A stretch of DNA of 64,000 nucleotides from a virus, in IMG/VR virus record IMGVR_UViG_3300025276_000020; one strand, given 5' to 3'. The stretch's first letter is position 1; every line of letters starts with the position of its first letter. Shown here one piece after another: positions 20,125 to 29,982 of this stretch. A program made the translations under genes and the position numbers. The notes under the pieces were generated by a model. That model ran no database searches and had not been told where the DNA came from. It was given only the letters and a program-made list of their open reading frames with translations.

Positions 20125-20559
20125 ATGAAATTAGAAGATATTATTGAAGCGTGGGAAAAAGATGGACCAGTTGATACTATAAACATATCAAACGAAGCAT
20201 CACAAACGCCGAAGCTACACAACAAGTACTTCAAAATTTACATGGGTGAAGGTTACATCCTACGTAAGATGAAAGCTGACTATAAGAAGCTTTTCAAACT
20301 CAAGACAGAATACTATAGAGGCGAACTAGACGATACTGAACTAAAGCAGTTTGGTTGGAAACCACAGCCCCTAAAAATTCTACGACAAGATATTCCATCA
20401 TACTTAGAAGCAGACGATGACATCATAGATTCATCTCTGAAGATAGGCGCACAGGCACAAAAGGTAGAATATCTAGAAGCAATCATTAAACAAATTAACA
20501 ATAGAGGATTTCAAATCAAATCTATAATTGATTGGGAACGCTTTAGAACAGGTGCATAA
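20125..20559 (+). CDS. uvsY: Recombination mediator UvsY
   Basis: PKLHNKY, YLEAD, RGFQIKSIIDWERF. Confidence 0.92.
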   Translation: MKLEDIIEAWEKDGPVDTINISNEASQTPKLHNKYFKIYMGEGYILRKMKADYKKLFKLKTEYYRGELDDTELKQFGWKPQPLKILRQDIPSYLEADDDIIDSSLKIGAQAQKVEYLEAIIKQINNRGFQIKSIIDWERFRTGA

Positions 20560-22016
20560 TGGATGAAGTGAGTATCGAGAAGGTAAACGAAGTCTACGTT
20601 AGAGTCAATGCTGACCCTGGCGTGAAGATGGAAATGTCGGAGTACTTCACATTCGAAGTACCTGGTGCTAAGTTTATGCCTTCTGTACGTAACAAAGTTT
20701 GGGACGGTAAGATTCGTCTACTCAATGTTATGACTGGTATGATATATGCTGGACTAGTTCCGTACATACTCAAGTTTTGTAACGTTAGGGAATACCATGT
20801 TACGGTAGATAAGGGAGTTGTACCCAACAATCTCGTACAAGATACTGCTGGACTCGATCTATCAAAAGAGTTTAACTCGCCATTTGTTCCTAGAGATTAT
20901 CAAAACAACGCAGTAGTTCATGCACTCAAAAGTGATAGAGCATTACTGCTATCGCCAACAGCATCGGGTAAGTCTTTTATCATATATCTATTGACACGAT
21001 ATCACGTAGAGTCTTCACAGAGAAAGGTTTTAATTGTTGTACCAACAACGTCACTAGTCGAGCAAATGTCTACAGACTTCATCGAATACAACAATGGCAA
21101 TGAACTGAGCATACACAAGATTAGGGGTGGTGTTGATAAGAATGTAGATGCTGATATAACTATCACTACTTGGCAATCAGTATACAAGCTGAAAAAAGAT
21201 TGGTTTGCTAAGTTTGACGTAGTGATGGGAGATGAAGCGCATCTATTCAAAGCTAAGTCTCTTGTATCAGTATTAGAAAAAATGCCTGACTGTAAGTATC
21301 GTTACGGTTTTACAGGCACGTTAGATGGCACAGAAACACATAAGCTAGTGTTAGAAGGACTATTTGGTTCAGTATTTGAAGTCACTCAGACTAAGAAGCT
21401 AATCGAAGACAACACGCTTGCGGAGTTTGGTATTGTAGCAATTGCTCTCCAATATCCAGACGAAATTAGGAAGCTAAATAAAGGTAAGAGCTATCAAGAA
21501 GAAATTGACTGGATTGTTGGTAATGAATCACGTAATAAATACATTAAAAATTTGGCACATAGCCTCAAGGGCAACACTCTTATTCTATTTCAGTTTGTCG
21601 AAAAACACGGTAAAGTCTTACATCCCATGCTTGAAAAAGAAGGTAAGAACATACACTTCATACATGGCGGAGTTGGTGCAGAAGAGCGTGAGAATGTTAG
21701 GAGATTGTCTGAAACAAATGATGATAATATTATCCTCGCTAGTTATGGTACTTTCAGCACTGGTGTTAATATCAAGCGTTTGGACAATATCATCTTTGCA
21801 AGCCCGTCTAAATCGAAAATCAGAAATCTACAATCGATCGGACGAGTACTAAGAAAGCATGATGGGAACAGTAAAGCTACGCTTTACGATATAGTAGATG
21901 ATCTACAATGGAAACAGACTAAGAACTTCGCTACTAAACACTTCATGGAAAGAGTAAAGATTTACAACGATGAGGGTTTTGAGTATCGTATATATAATGT
22001 TAACGTTAAGGGGTAA
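20559..22016 (+). CDS. uvsW: SF2 DNA helicase UvsW
   Basis: WDGKIRL, SPTASGKS, GDEAH, GFTGTL, LQSIGRVLR. Confidence 0.96.
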   Translation: MDEVSIEKVNEVYVRVNADPGVKMEMSEYFTFEVPGAKFMPSVRNKVWDGKIRLLNVMTGMIYAGLVPYILKFCNVREYHVTVDKGVVPNNLVQDTAGLDLSKEFNSPFVPRDYQNNAVVHALKSDRALLLSPTASGKSFIIYLLTRYHVESSQRKVLIVVPTTSLVEQMSTDFIEYNNGNELSIHKIRGGVDKNVDADITITTWQSVYKLKKDWFAKFDVVMGDEAHLFKAKSLVSVLEKMPDCKYRYGFTGTLDGTETHKLVLEGLFGSVFEVTQTKKLIEDNTLAEFGIVAIALQYPDEIRKLNKGKSYQEEIDWIVGNESRNKYIKNLAHSLKGNTLILFQFVEKHGKVLHPMLEKEGKNIHFIHGGVGAEERENVRRLSETNDDNIILASYGTFSTGVNIKRLDNIIFASPSKSKIRNLQSIGRVLRKHDGNSKATLYDIVDDLQWKQTKNFATKHFMERVKIYNDEGFEYRIYNVNVKG

Positions 22017-22019
22017 GCC

Positions 22020-22364
22020 ATGTTGATACATATTAAAATGAATAATGGTGATGATCTTATAGCTGATCTAATAAAGACTGGCAAAGAGAGTATCGTAGTA
22101 GAGAATCCAATTCAGGTACGCATACACCCAGTACACGGATTCTTTGCTAAGAGTTGGATGCTATTGTCTAAAGCAAATGCTGTCACTCTAGGAAATGACG
22201 ATGTTTTGTTTTGCGGAGAGGCTAACGAAAAAGCAATAGAGTACTACGACACATTCGTATCTAGATTGAAAGACCTACAAGATGATAGAGAGACAAACTT
22301 GACCGAAGAAGTCGAAGACCTACTAGTTGCATACCTCGAATCTAGAGATCAGATCAAACATTAG
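22020..22364 (+). CDS. Conserved hypothetical protein between uvsW and gp55
   Basis: IKMNNGDDLIA...VENPI pattern and synteny. Confidence 0.6.
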   Translation: MLIHIKMNNGDDLIADLIKTGKESIVVENPIQVRIHPVHGFFAKSWMLLSKANAVTLGNDDVLFCGEANEKAIEYYDTFVSRLKDLQDDRETNLTEEVEDLLVAYLESRDQIKH

Positions 22365-22526
22365 TATTATTGTTTACAGCGATAACGCTATTATACACAG
22401 AGATGATCTTGCTGTCAAGCACTTTCGCAGAAAGAGTGAGAATACCATGTACATTACTACTACCCAATCTAGTATTATTCTTAAGAGCGATAACTCTATT
22501 ATACAGTCCGTTTCATGGTTTGTCAA
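22362..22526 (-). repeat. Two 36-bp direct repeats (108-bp period), each under a minus-strand TTGACA-17-TATAAT promoter
   Basis: 22362-22397 vs 22470-22505 match at 32/36; minus-strand promoters at 22390-22418 and 22498-22526. Confidence 0.8.
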
Positions 22527-22578
22527 TACATATCTCGAAAATAATTCAATTAATCTAACAAAATATCTTATATAATGC

Positions 22579-22607
22579 TTGACATGGCATGTTCTTTCAG
22601 CTATAAT
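22579..22607 (+). promoter_or_regulatory. Sigma70 consensus promoter for gp55
   Basis: TTGACA-17-TATAAT. Confidence 0.85.
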
Positions 22608-22632
22608 GATAGTCAAATAAGGAGTGAATCTA

Positions 22633-23238
22633 ATGGCAAAACGTAATTACGTTAATAACCCGGAGTTCTTAGAGGCTATCATAGCCTACAAGAAACTGTG
22701 TATCGAAGCAGAAGACTCGGGTGATAAACGTCCACAAATACCAAACTATATTGGGCACTGTATCTATCAGATATCGACTAGACTAGCGTCCAAGCCCAAC
22801 TTTTCAGGATATTCATATAAAGATGAGATGATCAGCGACGGCTTAGAAAATGCTATTCAAGCACTAGGCAACTTTGATCCAGAGAAGTCTCATAATCCAT
22901 TTGCTTACTTCACTCAAATCATATGGTATGCATTCTTAAGACGTATTGACAAAGAGAAGAAACAGTTGTATATTAAGCACAAGGTAACTGTAAACTCAGT
23001 CATGACGGGTACAGCTACAGATGGAGCTGATGATGCTTCTGGTGAACCTGCGTACATTGATCTTAACAACGATTACATGTCAGACTTTGTTAGGACTTAT
23101 GAGAAGAAGATCGAAGATAAGAAGAAGAAGCAGATAAAAGCTAAGATTGGTTTAGAGAAGTTCATTGCAGAAGACGTAGTTCTTCCCGATGATAAATCAG
23201 ATACTGATGAGACTAAAGTCGAGGAGAAGTCTGAGTGA
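22633..23238 (+). CDS. gp55: Late-transcription sigma factor gp55
   Basis: YVNNPEF, PNFSGYSYKDEMISDG, NPFAYFTQI; ATG at 22633 after AAGGAG. Confidence 0.96.
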   Translation: MAKRNYVNNPEFLEAIIAYKKLCIEAEDSGDKRPQIPNYIGHCIYQISTRLASKPNFSGYSYKDEMISDGLENAIQALGNFDPEKSHNPFAYFTQIIWYAFLRRIDKEKKQLYIKHKVTVNSVMTGTATDGADDASGEPAYIDLNNDYMSDFVRTYEKKIEDKKKKQIKAKIGLEKFIAEDVVLPDDKSDTDETKVEEKSE

Positions 23239-24302
23239 AGATTGCTGTTATTAATGATACGCATTGGGGCGCAAGAAATGACAATGCCGCAATTGCTGAA
23301 CATCAAATAAAGTTTTATCGGGAAGTATTCTTTCCGTATTTACGTGAGCATGGCATTACTACTATTTTTCACTTAGGTGATGTCACAGATAGACGAAAGT
23401 ATATTAACTTCGTTACAGCCAAGAATCTTGAAGATCACTTCATGAGAGTTTGTGCCGATGAGAATATAGAGCTATACATGATAGCTGGTAATCATGATAC
23501 GTACTTCAAGAACACTAATGACGTAAACAGCCTTAACCAGCTGTACGGTAACACTAGTCACGAAAATTTACATCTGTATTGGGAAAGACCTGTCGAGCTA
23601 GAGATGGATGGATGCAAAATAATGCTTGCTCCATGGCTATGTGCTGACAACTATGAAGAGTCTATGAAAGCTATGTCTGAAACTAAGGCACAGATTCTTA
23701 TGGGTCATTTTGAGATTACTGGTTATGAGATGGACAAAGGACATCTATGTGATCACGGTATGGACCGCACTACATTTGCTAAGTTTGATTCTGTGTACTC
23801 TGGTCACTTTCATCAACCTTCATCGATTGGTAACATATCATATCTAGGTGCTCAATATGAGATGACCTGGTCTGATCACGATCAAAAGCGTGGCTTCAGT
23901 GTGTTCGATACTGAGTCTCGTAAGATGGAGCATATTCGTAATCCATTTAGTTTGTTTCATAAGATAATGTACGATGATACTAACATGACTATAGAAGACA
24001 TTGCTAATCTAGATACGTCTAACTTGGCAAACACTTTCATAAAAGTCATTGTATCAGTTAAGAACAATCCTTATATATTCGATCTGTTCTTAGATAAACT
24101 TCAAGCATCTGCTCCGTGCGACATCAAAGTCGTAGAAGACCACATGAACCTTGATGTTATCGATGAGAGCGAGTTGGTCGATGAAGCGCAGGACACTTTA
24201 ACAATTTTGAAGCAATACGTACAGAACTTAGAGATTACTAATGATAAGAGTAAGATCGAAAAAGTTCTTGAGGATCTACACAATGAGGCTATCAATTTAT
24301 GA
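23235..24302 (+). CDS. gp47: Recombination nuclease subunit gp47 (Mre11-like)
   Basis: DTHWG, HLGD, GNHD, SGHFH phosphoesterase motifs. Confidence 0.96.
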   Translation: MKIAVINDTHWGARNDNAAIAEHQIKFYREVFFPYLREHGITTIFHLGDVTDRRKYINFVTAKNLEDHFMRVCADENIELYMIAGNHDTYFKNTNDVNSLNQLYGNTSHENLHLYWERPVELEMDGCKIMLAPWLCADNYEESMKAMSETKAQILMGHFEITGYEMDKGHLCDHGMDRTTFAKFDSVYSGHFHQPSSIGNISYLGAQYEMTWSDHDQKRGFSVFDTESRKMEHIRNPFSLFHKIMYDDTNMTIEDIANLDTSNLANTFIKVIVSVKNNPYIFDLFLDKLQASAPCDIKVVEDHMNLDVIDESELVDEAQDTLTILKQYVQNLEITNDKSKIEKVLEDLHNEAINL

Positions 24303-26011
24303 TATTATTTGAAAAGGTTCGTTATAAGAACATTTTAAGTACTGGTAATGCTTGGACAGAAGTATTTTTAAACCGCAGTAAGTCTACTCTTATTGTTGGA
24401 GACAACGGTGCTGGTAAATCAACCATGCTCGATGCTTTGACATTCGCACTGTACGGTAAGCCATTCAGAAAGATTAACAAGTATCAGCTACTCAATAGTG
24501 TTAATAACAAAGGTTTAGAAGTAGAGGCTTATTTCACTATAAGTGGTAATAAGTATGTGATCAAGCGTGGCATCAAACCAGGCATATTCGAAGTCTGGAA
24601 GAATGATGAGTTGCTTAATCAAGATGCGGCAGCCCGTGATTATCAAACATATCTAGAAGATACTATCTTAAAGCTTAACTACAAGTCTTTTGGTCAAGTA
24701 GTTGTTTTAGGTAGTTCCACGTTTGTCCCTTTCATGCAGTTGAAAGCTGGTGAGAGAAGAGAAGTTATTGAAGACCTTCTAGACATTCAAATCTTCACCA
24801 CAATGAATACATTGCTCAAAGAGCGTGTCACTGCAAACAAGACTGAGATCACTGAGATCAAGTATCAGATAGATTTGCTAGAGAATAAGATTACGTCATC
24901 TAAAGCTCATAATGAATCCATTCGTAAGATGAAGCAAATAGAAGTAGGCAAACTTAAAGAGAAGCTACGTGAACAAGTAGATTTCATCGAGGCAGAACAA
25001 GCCATAGTTGACACTCTATTAGACGAAGTTGCAGATACCACTAAAGGCATCTCTGATAAGTCTACTGTCAAGAAGAAGTTAGAGGAGCTACAGACATTAG
25101 ATGGAGAACTATCAAACCGACTCAAGTCGCTACGGAAAGAAATCGCATTCTATGAACACAACGACAACTGCCCAACTTGCAAGCAGGGCATCGAACACGA
25201 CTTCAAGAGTGGTGCCGTTAATGGTAATACTGAGAAAGCACAAGAGATTGAAACAGCTAGGAAACAACTTGGACATAGAAGTCTAAAAGTTGAAGAGCGG
25301 CTTACTGAGATCAGTAATACTGAAGACGCTATTAATGCTAAGAACCTAGAGGTTAGTGAACATAGAGCTAATCGTAAGATGGCTTTAAATTCGTGTGGAT
25401 ACATTAAGAATGATCTAGATGAAGCAGAGAAAGAAGTTGTTGCTATCGACAGCAGTGAGATTAAAGATCAGGAAGAGAGCTTATTATCATATCACAACAA
25501 GCAGAACCAGTTGTTCGATGATAAAGAAATTCTTTCTGTAGTATCTTCTATGCTGAAAGATGGCGGTATCAAGACTCGTATTATTAAGCAATATGTTCCT
25601 GTGATGAACAAGCTTATCGGTAAGTACCTGTCTGCTATGGACTTCTTTGTACAATTTGAATTAGACGAAAACTTTAATGAGACGATCAAGTCTAGATTTC
25701 GTGATGAGTTCTCGTATGCATCATTCTCCGAAGGTGAGAAGTTGCGAATTGATCTAGCTTTGTTGTTTACATGGAGAGCAGTGTCTAAACTGCGAAATTC
25801 TGTATCTACAAATCTTCTCATTATGGATGAGATTATGGATTCATCATTAGACAGTTCTGGTACTGAGGAGTTTCTGAAGATTATAGAAGAGCTTACTTCA
25901 GATTCCAATATATTTATTATCAGCCACAAAGGTGACCAGTTGTTTGACAAGTTCCACAGTGTGATTAAGTTTGAGAAGGTGAAGAACTTTAGCAGAATAG
26001 CAACAGGATAG
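24299..26011 (+). CDS. gp46: Recombination ATPase subunit gp46 (Rad50-like)
   Basis: GDNGAGKST, zinc hook CPTCKQ, SFSEGEK, LIMDE. Confidence 0.97.
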   Translation: MILFEKVRYKNILSTGNAWTEVFLNRSKSTLIVGDNGAGKSTMLDALTFALYGKPFRKINKYQLLNSVNNKGLEVEAYFTISGNKYVIKRGIKPGIFEVWKNDELLNQDAAARDYQTYLEDTILKLNYKSFGQVVVLGSSTFVPFMQLKAGERREVIEDLLDIQIFTTMNTLLKERVTANKTEITEIKYQIDLLENKITSSKAHNESIRKMKQIEVGKLKEKLREQVDFIEAEQAIVDTLLDEVADTTKGISDKSTVKKKLEELQTLDGELSNRLKSLRKEIAFYEHNDNCPTCKQGIEHDFKSGAVNGNTEKAQEIETARKQLGHRSLKVEERLTEISNTEDAINAKNLEVSEHRANRKMALNSCGYIKNDLDEAEKEVVAIDSSEIKDQEESLLSYHNKQNQLFDDKEILSVVSSMLKDGGIKTRIIKQYVPVMNKLIGKYLSAMDFFVQFELDENFNETIKSRFRDEFSYASFSEGEKLRIDLALLFTWRAVSKLRNSVSTNLLIMDEIMDSSLDSSGTEEFLKIIEELTSDSNIFIISHKGDQLFDKFHSVIKFEKVKNFSRIATG

Positions 26012-26020
26012 GAGACTTAG

Positions 26021-26203
26021 ATGAATGTGTCTGATAGGCTGAGTTGGCTAGAAGATGAACATAAACGAGTGCATAAACTTATAGAATGTGCTGAAGCTGA
26101 AAAAGCACCTGATGGATTTGTGACAAAATTGAAGAAGGATAAACTTATGTTAAAAGATGAAATGAATGTTCTGCGTACTAAAGTAGTGGACATGTATACA
26201 TGA
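26021..26203 (+). CDS. Small coiled-coil protein, DUF465/YdcH-like
   Basis: LEDEHKRVH...LKKDKLMLKDEM pattern; AGGAG SD. Confidence 0.6.
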   Translation: MNVSDRLSWLEDEHKRVHKLIECAEAEKAPDGFVTKLKKDKLMLKDEMNVLRTKVVDMYT

Positions 26204-26910
26204 TTTTCATGTTTGATGTTGATGGTACGCTAACACCTAGTCGTGGCAGAATGGACAAGGACTTCTCATTGTGGTTTGGTTCATTCTGTCATGATCACGA
26301 TGTATACGTAGTTACAGGAAGTGATCGACCTAAAACAGAAGAGCAGTTGGGTAAAGACATCTACTCTAAATTAAAGGGCGCATATCAGTGTAGTGGTAAT
26401 GACCACTGGATTGGTGATAAAAGAATAAGAACTTCAGAATTTGAGGATTTGCCTAATGATGAACTACATAACGCATTGAATGTCGAACTCTCAGTATCTA
26501 AGTTTTACATAAGAACAGGATGTCATATCGAGATACGTCCTGGTTTATTAAACTTCTCTATCGTAGGGCGCAATGCCAACGATCAACAACGCAAAGATTA
26601 TGTTGAGTATGATGAGATTCACAATGAGCGCAATATTATAGCAGAACACCTAAGAAATAAATTTACTGGTTACAATTTTCAAGTGGCAGGTGAGACTGGC
26701 ATAGATATTGTTAAAAAAGGTGAAGGCAAAGAACAGGTCTTGACAGACTTCGATAAAGATGCTATAATACATTTTTACGGTGATAAAACCTTTCCCGGTG
26801 GGAATGATCACGATATTGCTATGGAAGTACGAGCTAGAGGAAATGATGCCGTACAAGTTGATGATTGGAGACACACATGGAAATTACTAAAAGAGAAATG
26901 CAAACAGTAG
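26200..26910 (+). CDS. HAD-IIB phosphomannomutase-like enzyme (eukaryotic PMM type)
   Basis: FDVDGTLT, VTGSD, IEIRPGLLNFSIVGRNA, FYGDKTFPGGNDH. Confidence 0.85.
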   Translation: MIFMFDVDGTLTPSRGRMDKDFSLWFGSFCHDHDVYVVTGSDRPKTEEQLGKDIYSKLKGAYQCSGNDHWIGDKRIRTSEFEDLPNDELHNALNVELSVSKFYIRTGCHIEIRPGLLNFSIVGRNANDQQRKDYVEYDEIHNERNIIAEHLRNKFTGYNFQVAGETGIDIVKKGEGKEQVLTDFDKDAIIHFYGDKTFPGGNDHDIAMEVRARGNDAVQVDDWRHTWKLLKEKCKQ

Positions 26911-27326
26911 GATTCACAGCTAGTACTTTCGACTTGCTTCATGCGGGTCATGTTGCTATGCTACGTGAGGCTAAAGATCAATGTGACTATTTGATCTGTG
27001 GTTTGCAAATTGATCCTAGCGTAGACAGACCAGAAAAGAACAGTCCTATACAAACTATAGTAGAACGTTATTCACAGCTATCAGCTATCAAGTATGTTGA
27101 TGAGATTCTGGTGTATGCCACTGAACAAGACTTACTCGATATCTTAACTATGCACAAAATTGATGTCAGAATTCTTGGAGTAGAGTACAAAGATAAAGAG
27201 TTTACTGGTAGAGATTTGTGTGATACTCTAGGCATGGATTTATACTTTAACAGCAGAGAGCATAGATTTTCAACCAGTGACTTACGTAAGCGAGTTGTGT
27301 CTGCTGAATCGGACTTTAATAAATGA
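26898..27326 (+). CDS. Glycerol-3-phosphate cytidylyltransferase-like (TagD-type) nucleotidyltransferase
   Basis: FDLLHAGH (HIGH motif), CDYLICGL, RFSTSDLR; start moved to ATG 26898. Confidence 0.85.
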   Translation: MQTVGFTASTFDLLHAGHVAMLREAKDQCDYLICGLQIDPSVDRPEKNSPIQTIVERYSQLSAIKYVDEILVYATEQDLLDILTMHKIDVRILGVEYKDKEFTGRDLCDTLGMDLYFNSREHRFSTSDLRKRVVSAESDFNK

Positions 27327-28408
27327 AGATACTCTTACCCTACTCAACTCACTTCGAGGTAGTGAAGACTCAAGACTCGGATAGTCCTGTCATCACTGGC
27401 GGTATTGAAAAGTTCTGCCAAGACCTAGAGCGAAATATTGACGGTATCATACCGTTGTGTATCACTAAAGATGATAAAGATAATCGTAATACCAAGCGCA
27501 AGATTAGAGATGCGATTGCTATGCATAATCCAGATATGATCTTATTCAACAATCCCTGGTGGGGAAACATGATGAGAACATTCGGTGTTCCATTAATTTC
27601 TATTATGCATGAACCACTTGTGCGTGACATACGTATGGTAGAACTAGGCACAATACTGAGAGATTTGAATGACTATGGCGCACATATTTGGTTTGTAAGT
27701 TCCCGCCAGTTAGATTTTCATAGAGATATGTCAAAGAGAATCAAGAATGTTGACTTTGGTGAAATTAAAGGTTTCATAAATCCTTCATATCTACCATACG
27801 ATATGCCCATTTCTTCTGAAACGACATATGATGTATCAACAGTAGGTAGATGTGATAATGAGAAGGCACCATTTCTTATACATGATAAGCTTAAAAATAC
27901 TGACCTAAATAGTCTTGTGATGACAAACGATGGAGTTTACAAAAGCGATACAGTCAACGATTACGTGGCATCTAATCAGCACTGGTCTGAGCCTCAGTAT
28001 ACTATGCGTGGATTGCCACACTCTGACGTTATGAAAATGATATCTAAGTCTAAAGTTTTCTGTTCTACTTGGCCAAAAGAATCTTGGGGAATAACTACAA
28101 TGGAAGCTTTAGGTTGTGGAGTGCCAGTTATTCTGTTTACTGATGATAGCGATGCACATGCAAGTGAAGAGATTGCGGCACACCGCACACATTATATCAA
28201 AGTAAATAGAAAGTGTTCAAGGGCTGAGTTTGAAACAACTGTACGGGAATTCGCTAATGTGATGAAAAACCGTAGAGATGAAATAGCTGAGATGACTAGG
28301 AGAAAGCACAGCCTAGCTAATTGGAAATTAGGTATTGACAAAATGCTTCAGATGAGATATAATGATAAGAATAAAACATATTCAGATTTAACGGAGTTTT
28401 TTACATGA
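27323..28408 (+). CDS. GT-B fold glycosyltransferase (GT4-like)
   Basis: TGGIEKF N-terminal loop, VGRCDNEK, ESWGITTMEALGCGVPVI signature. Confidence 0.85.
   Translation: MKILLPYSTHFEVVKTQDSDSPVITGGIEKFCQDLERNIDGIIPLCITKDDKDNRNTKRKIRDAIAMHNPDMILFNNPWWGNMMRTFGVPLISIMHEPLVRDIRMVELGTILRDLNDYGAHIWFVSSRQLDFHRDMSKRIKNVDFGEIKGFINPSYLPYDMPISSETTYDVSTVGRCDNEKAPFLIHDKLKNTDLNSLVMTNDGVYKSDTVNDYVASNQHWSEPQYTMRGLPHSDVMKMISKSKVFCSTWPKESWGITTMEALGCGVPVILFTDDSDAHASEEIAAHRTHYIKVNRKCSRAEFETTVREFANVMKNRRDEIAEMTRRKHSLANWKLGIDKMLQMRYNDKNKTYSDLTEFFT
28335..28363 (+). promoter_or_regulatory. Sigma70 consensus promoter inside the GT4 gene, driving the next gene
   Basis: TTGACA-17-TATAAT 41 nt upstream of the next start. 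Confidence 0.75.
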
Positions 28409-29919
28409 GCGGACATAAGGTAGAAGAAAGTTCAAATTACGATAACTATATGGAAGCTGATGCACGTAAGAATGATACTTACAGCATTGGCTTGGACAAG
28501 TTTTTCGATGAACCTCTGCCTGTCGTACTTCAAGATATGACTAAGGCAAAGAGTTCTTTAGAGTCTGATGTTTGGAAAGCAGTCAAGGTACACTTTCGCA
28601 ACCTAGAAGATGTTGTAGATTTCTGTACCAAACTCAATCAGATGATGCCAAACAAGTCTGCTTACTATCCTCTTATTGACCCATCTTTAAGTCTATTCGG
28701 ACTAGATGAGGTTGATGATGTACCAGTTACTATAGATGCGTCAAAGCTATCGTCAAAATATAAAAATGCAGATGTTGATATTCCAGAAGATGATAAAATC
28801 TGGAAAGAACATTGGGTTGGAATGCCAGAGTTCGTTCAAGATGAGAATGGTTCTTATAGAACTATTACCGTGAAGTTCAGACGCAAAGAAGACTACGATG
28901 ACTTTTCTACAAAGATCGATCAAGATGTAACTGACAAAACTAAGAGTATGTGGCATCCAAAACTTAACGTGACAAAGAACCTTAAGTTAAGATGGGTACA
29001 AGAAAGTCGTACTAATCCAGAGCATCCGATGTATATCGTCTCTAAGGGTCGTGCTGATACGATGATCACTTCTAGATCATTTGCACGTATGCATATTCCT
29101 CACTATATCGTAATTGAGCCACAAGATGAGGCACTATATGAGGAAGCACTAGACAATTTTGATATTCGCCAATACGTCACACTTTTAGTCGCACCATTTT
29201 CCAATCACGGTGATGGACCTGGTCGTGCTAGAAATTGGGCATGGGATCATTCTCTGACAATTGGTGCGACTAGTCACTGGGTATTTGATGATAACATTTC
29301 AGACTTTTATAGACTACACAATAATGAGCGTATTAGATTTGAGAGTGGTGTTGGCTTTAAAGTTATGGAAGACTTTGTAGATCGTTACGATAACGTCTAC
29401 ATTGCTGGACCACAATACAGATTCTTTATTGCTCCAGATCAGAGTTATCCTGCTTATGTTGCCAACACTAGAATTTATTCTGCCCTTTTGATACGCAATG
29501 ATTGCAAGCACAGATGGCGTGGTCGTTATAATGAAGATACGGATATATGTTTGCGGGTTATGAAAGACGGTGATGTGTGTCTACAGTTCAATGCTTTTCT
29601 ACAAGGTAAATGTGCTACTCAGACTGTTGCCGGAGGTAATACCGCTGAGTTCTATCATGCTGAGAACACTGAGAACGAGGAGTTCAAAGAGAGTGGGTAC
29701 AATACAGAAGGTACTGTTAATAAGTCCCAGATGTTAGTAGATATGCATCCTGATGTGGCTAGACTTGTCTGGCGTTACGGTAGATGGCATCACTGGGTCG
29801 ACTATAGTCCTTTCAAAGTAAACAAGCTGAAGCTACGAGAAAGCGTGGTGTTACCATCTGGTACAAATAACTATAGCATGGAATTGAAGAGAGATTTTGA
29901 TTGGAAAAATGCAAAATAA
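28405..29919 (+). CDS. GREB1/TET-associated (TAGT)-like GT-A glycosyltransferase with duplicated N-terminal domain
   Basis: YIVSKGRAD, GPGRARNWAWDH, WVFDDNI, RIYSALLI, WRGRYNEDTDICLR, TQTVAGGNT. Confidence 0.75.
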   Translation: MSGHKVEESSNYDNYMEADARKNDTYSIGLDKFFDEPLPVVLQDMTKAKSSLESDVWKAVKVHFRNLEDVVDFCTKLNQMMPNKSAYYPLIDPSLSLFGLDEVDDVPVTIDASKLSSKYKNADVDIPEDDKIWKEHWVGMPEFVQDENGSYRTITVKFRRKEDYDDFSTKIDQDVTDKTKSMWHPKLNVTKNLKLRWVQESRTNPEHPMYIVSKGRADTMITSRSFARMHIPHYIVIEPQDEALYEEALDNFDIRQYVTLLVAPFSNHGDGPGRARNWAWDHSLTIGATSHWVFDDNISDFYRLHNNERIRFESGVGFKVMEDFVDRYDNVYIAGPQYRFFIAPDQSYPAYVANTRIYSALLIRNDCKHRWRGRYNEDTDICLRVMKDGDVCLQFNAFLQGKCATQTVAGGNTAEFYHAENTENEEFKESGYNTEGTVNKSQMLVDMHPDVARLVWRYGRWHHWVDYSPFKVNKLKLRESVVLPSGTNNYSMELKRDFDWKNAK

Positions 29920-29920
29920 A

Positions 29921-29950
29921 GGTTGACATACTGGTCCAACCTGCTATAAT
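29921..29950 (+). promoter_or_regulatory. Early promoter repeat copy 1
   Basis: GGTTGACA-tactg-GTCCAACCTGC-TATAAT. Confidence 0.85.
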
Positions 29951-29982
29951 AGTATCTCATTAGACAGAGAAAGAGATGTTTT

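Noticed and set aside
22362-22505. 36-bp repeats as a CRISPR mini-array
   Set aside because: Only two imperfect copies with a 72-bp gap, each overlapping a promoter -10 box; no cas genes
22327-22616. Three short overlapping ORFs in the uvsW-gp55 gap
   Set aside because: They run across promoter repeats, lack SDs, and their self-similarity just reflects the DNA repeat
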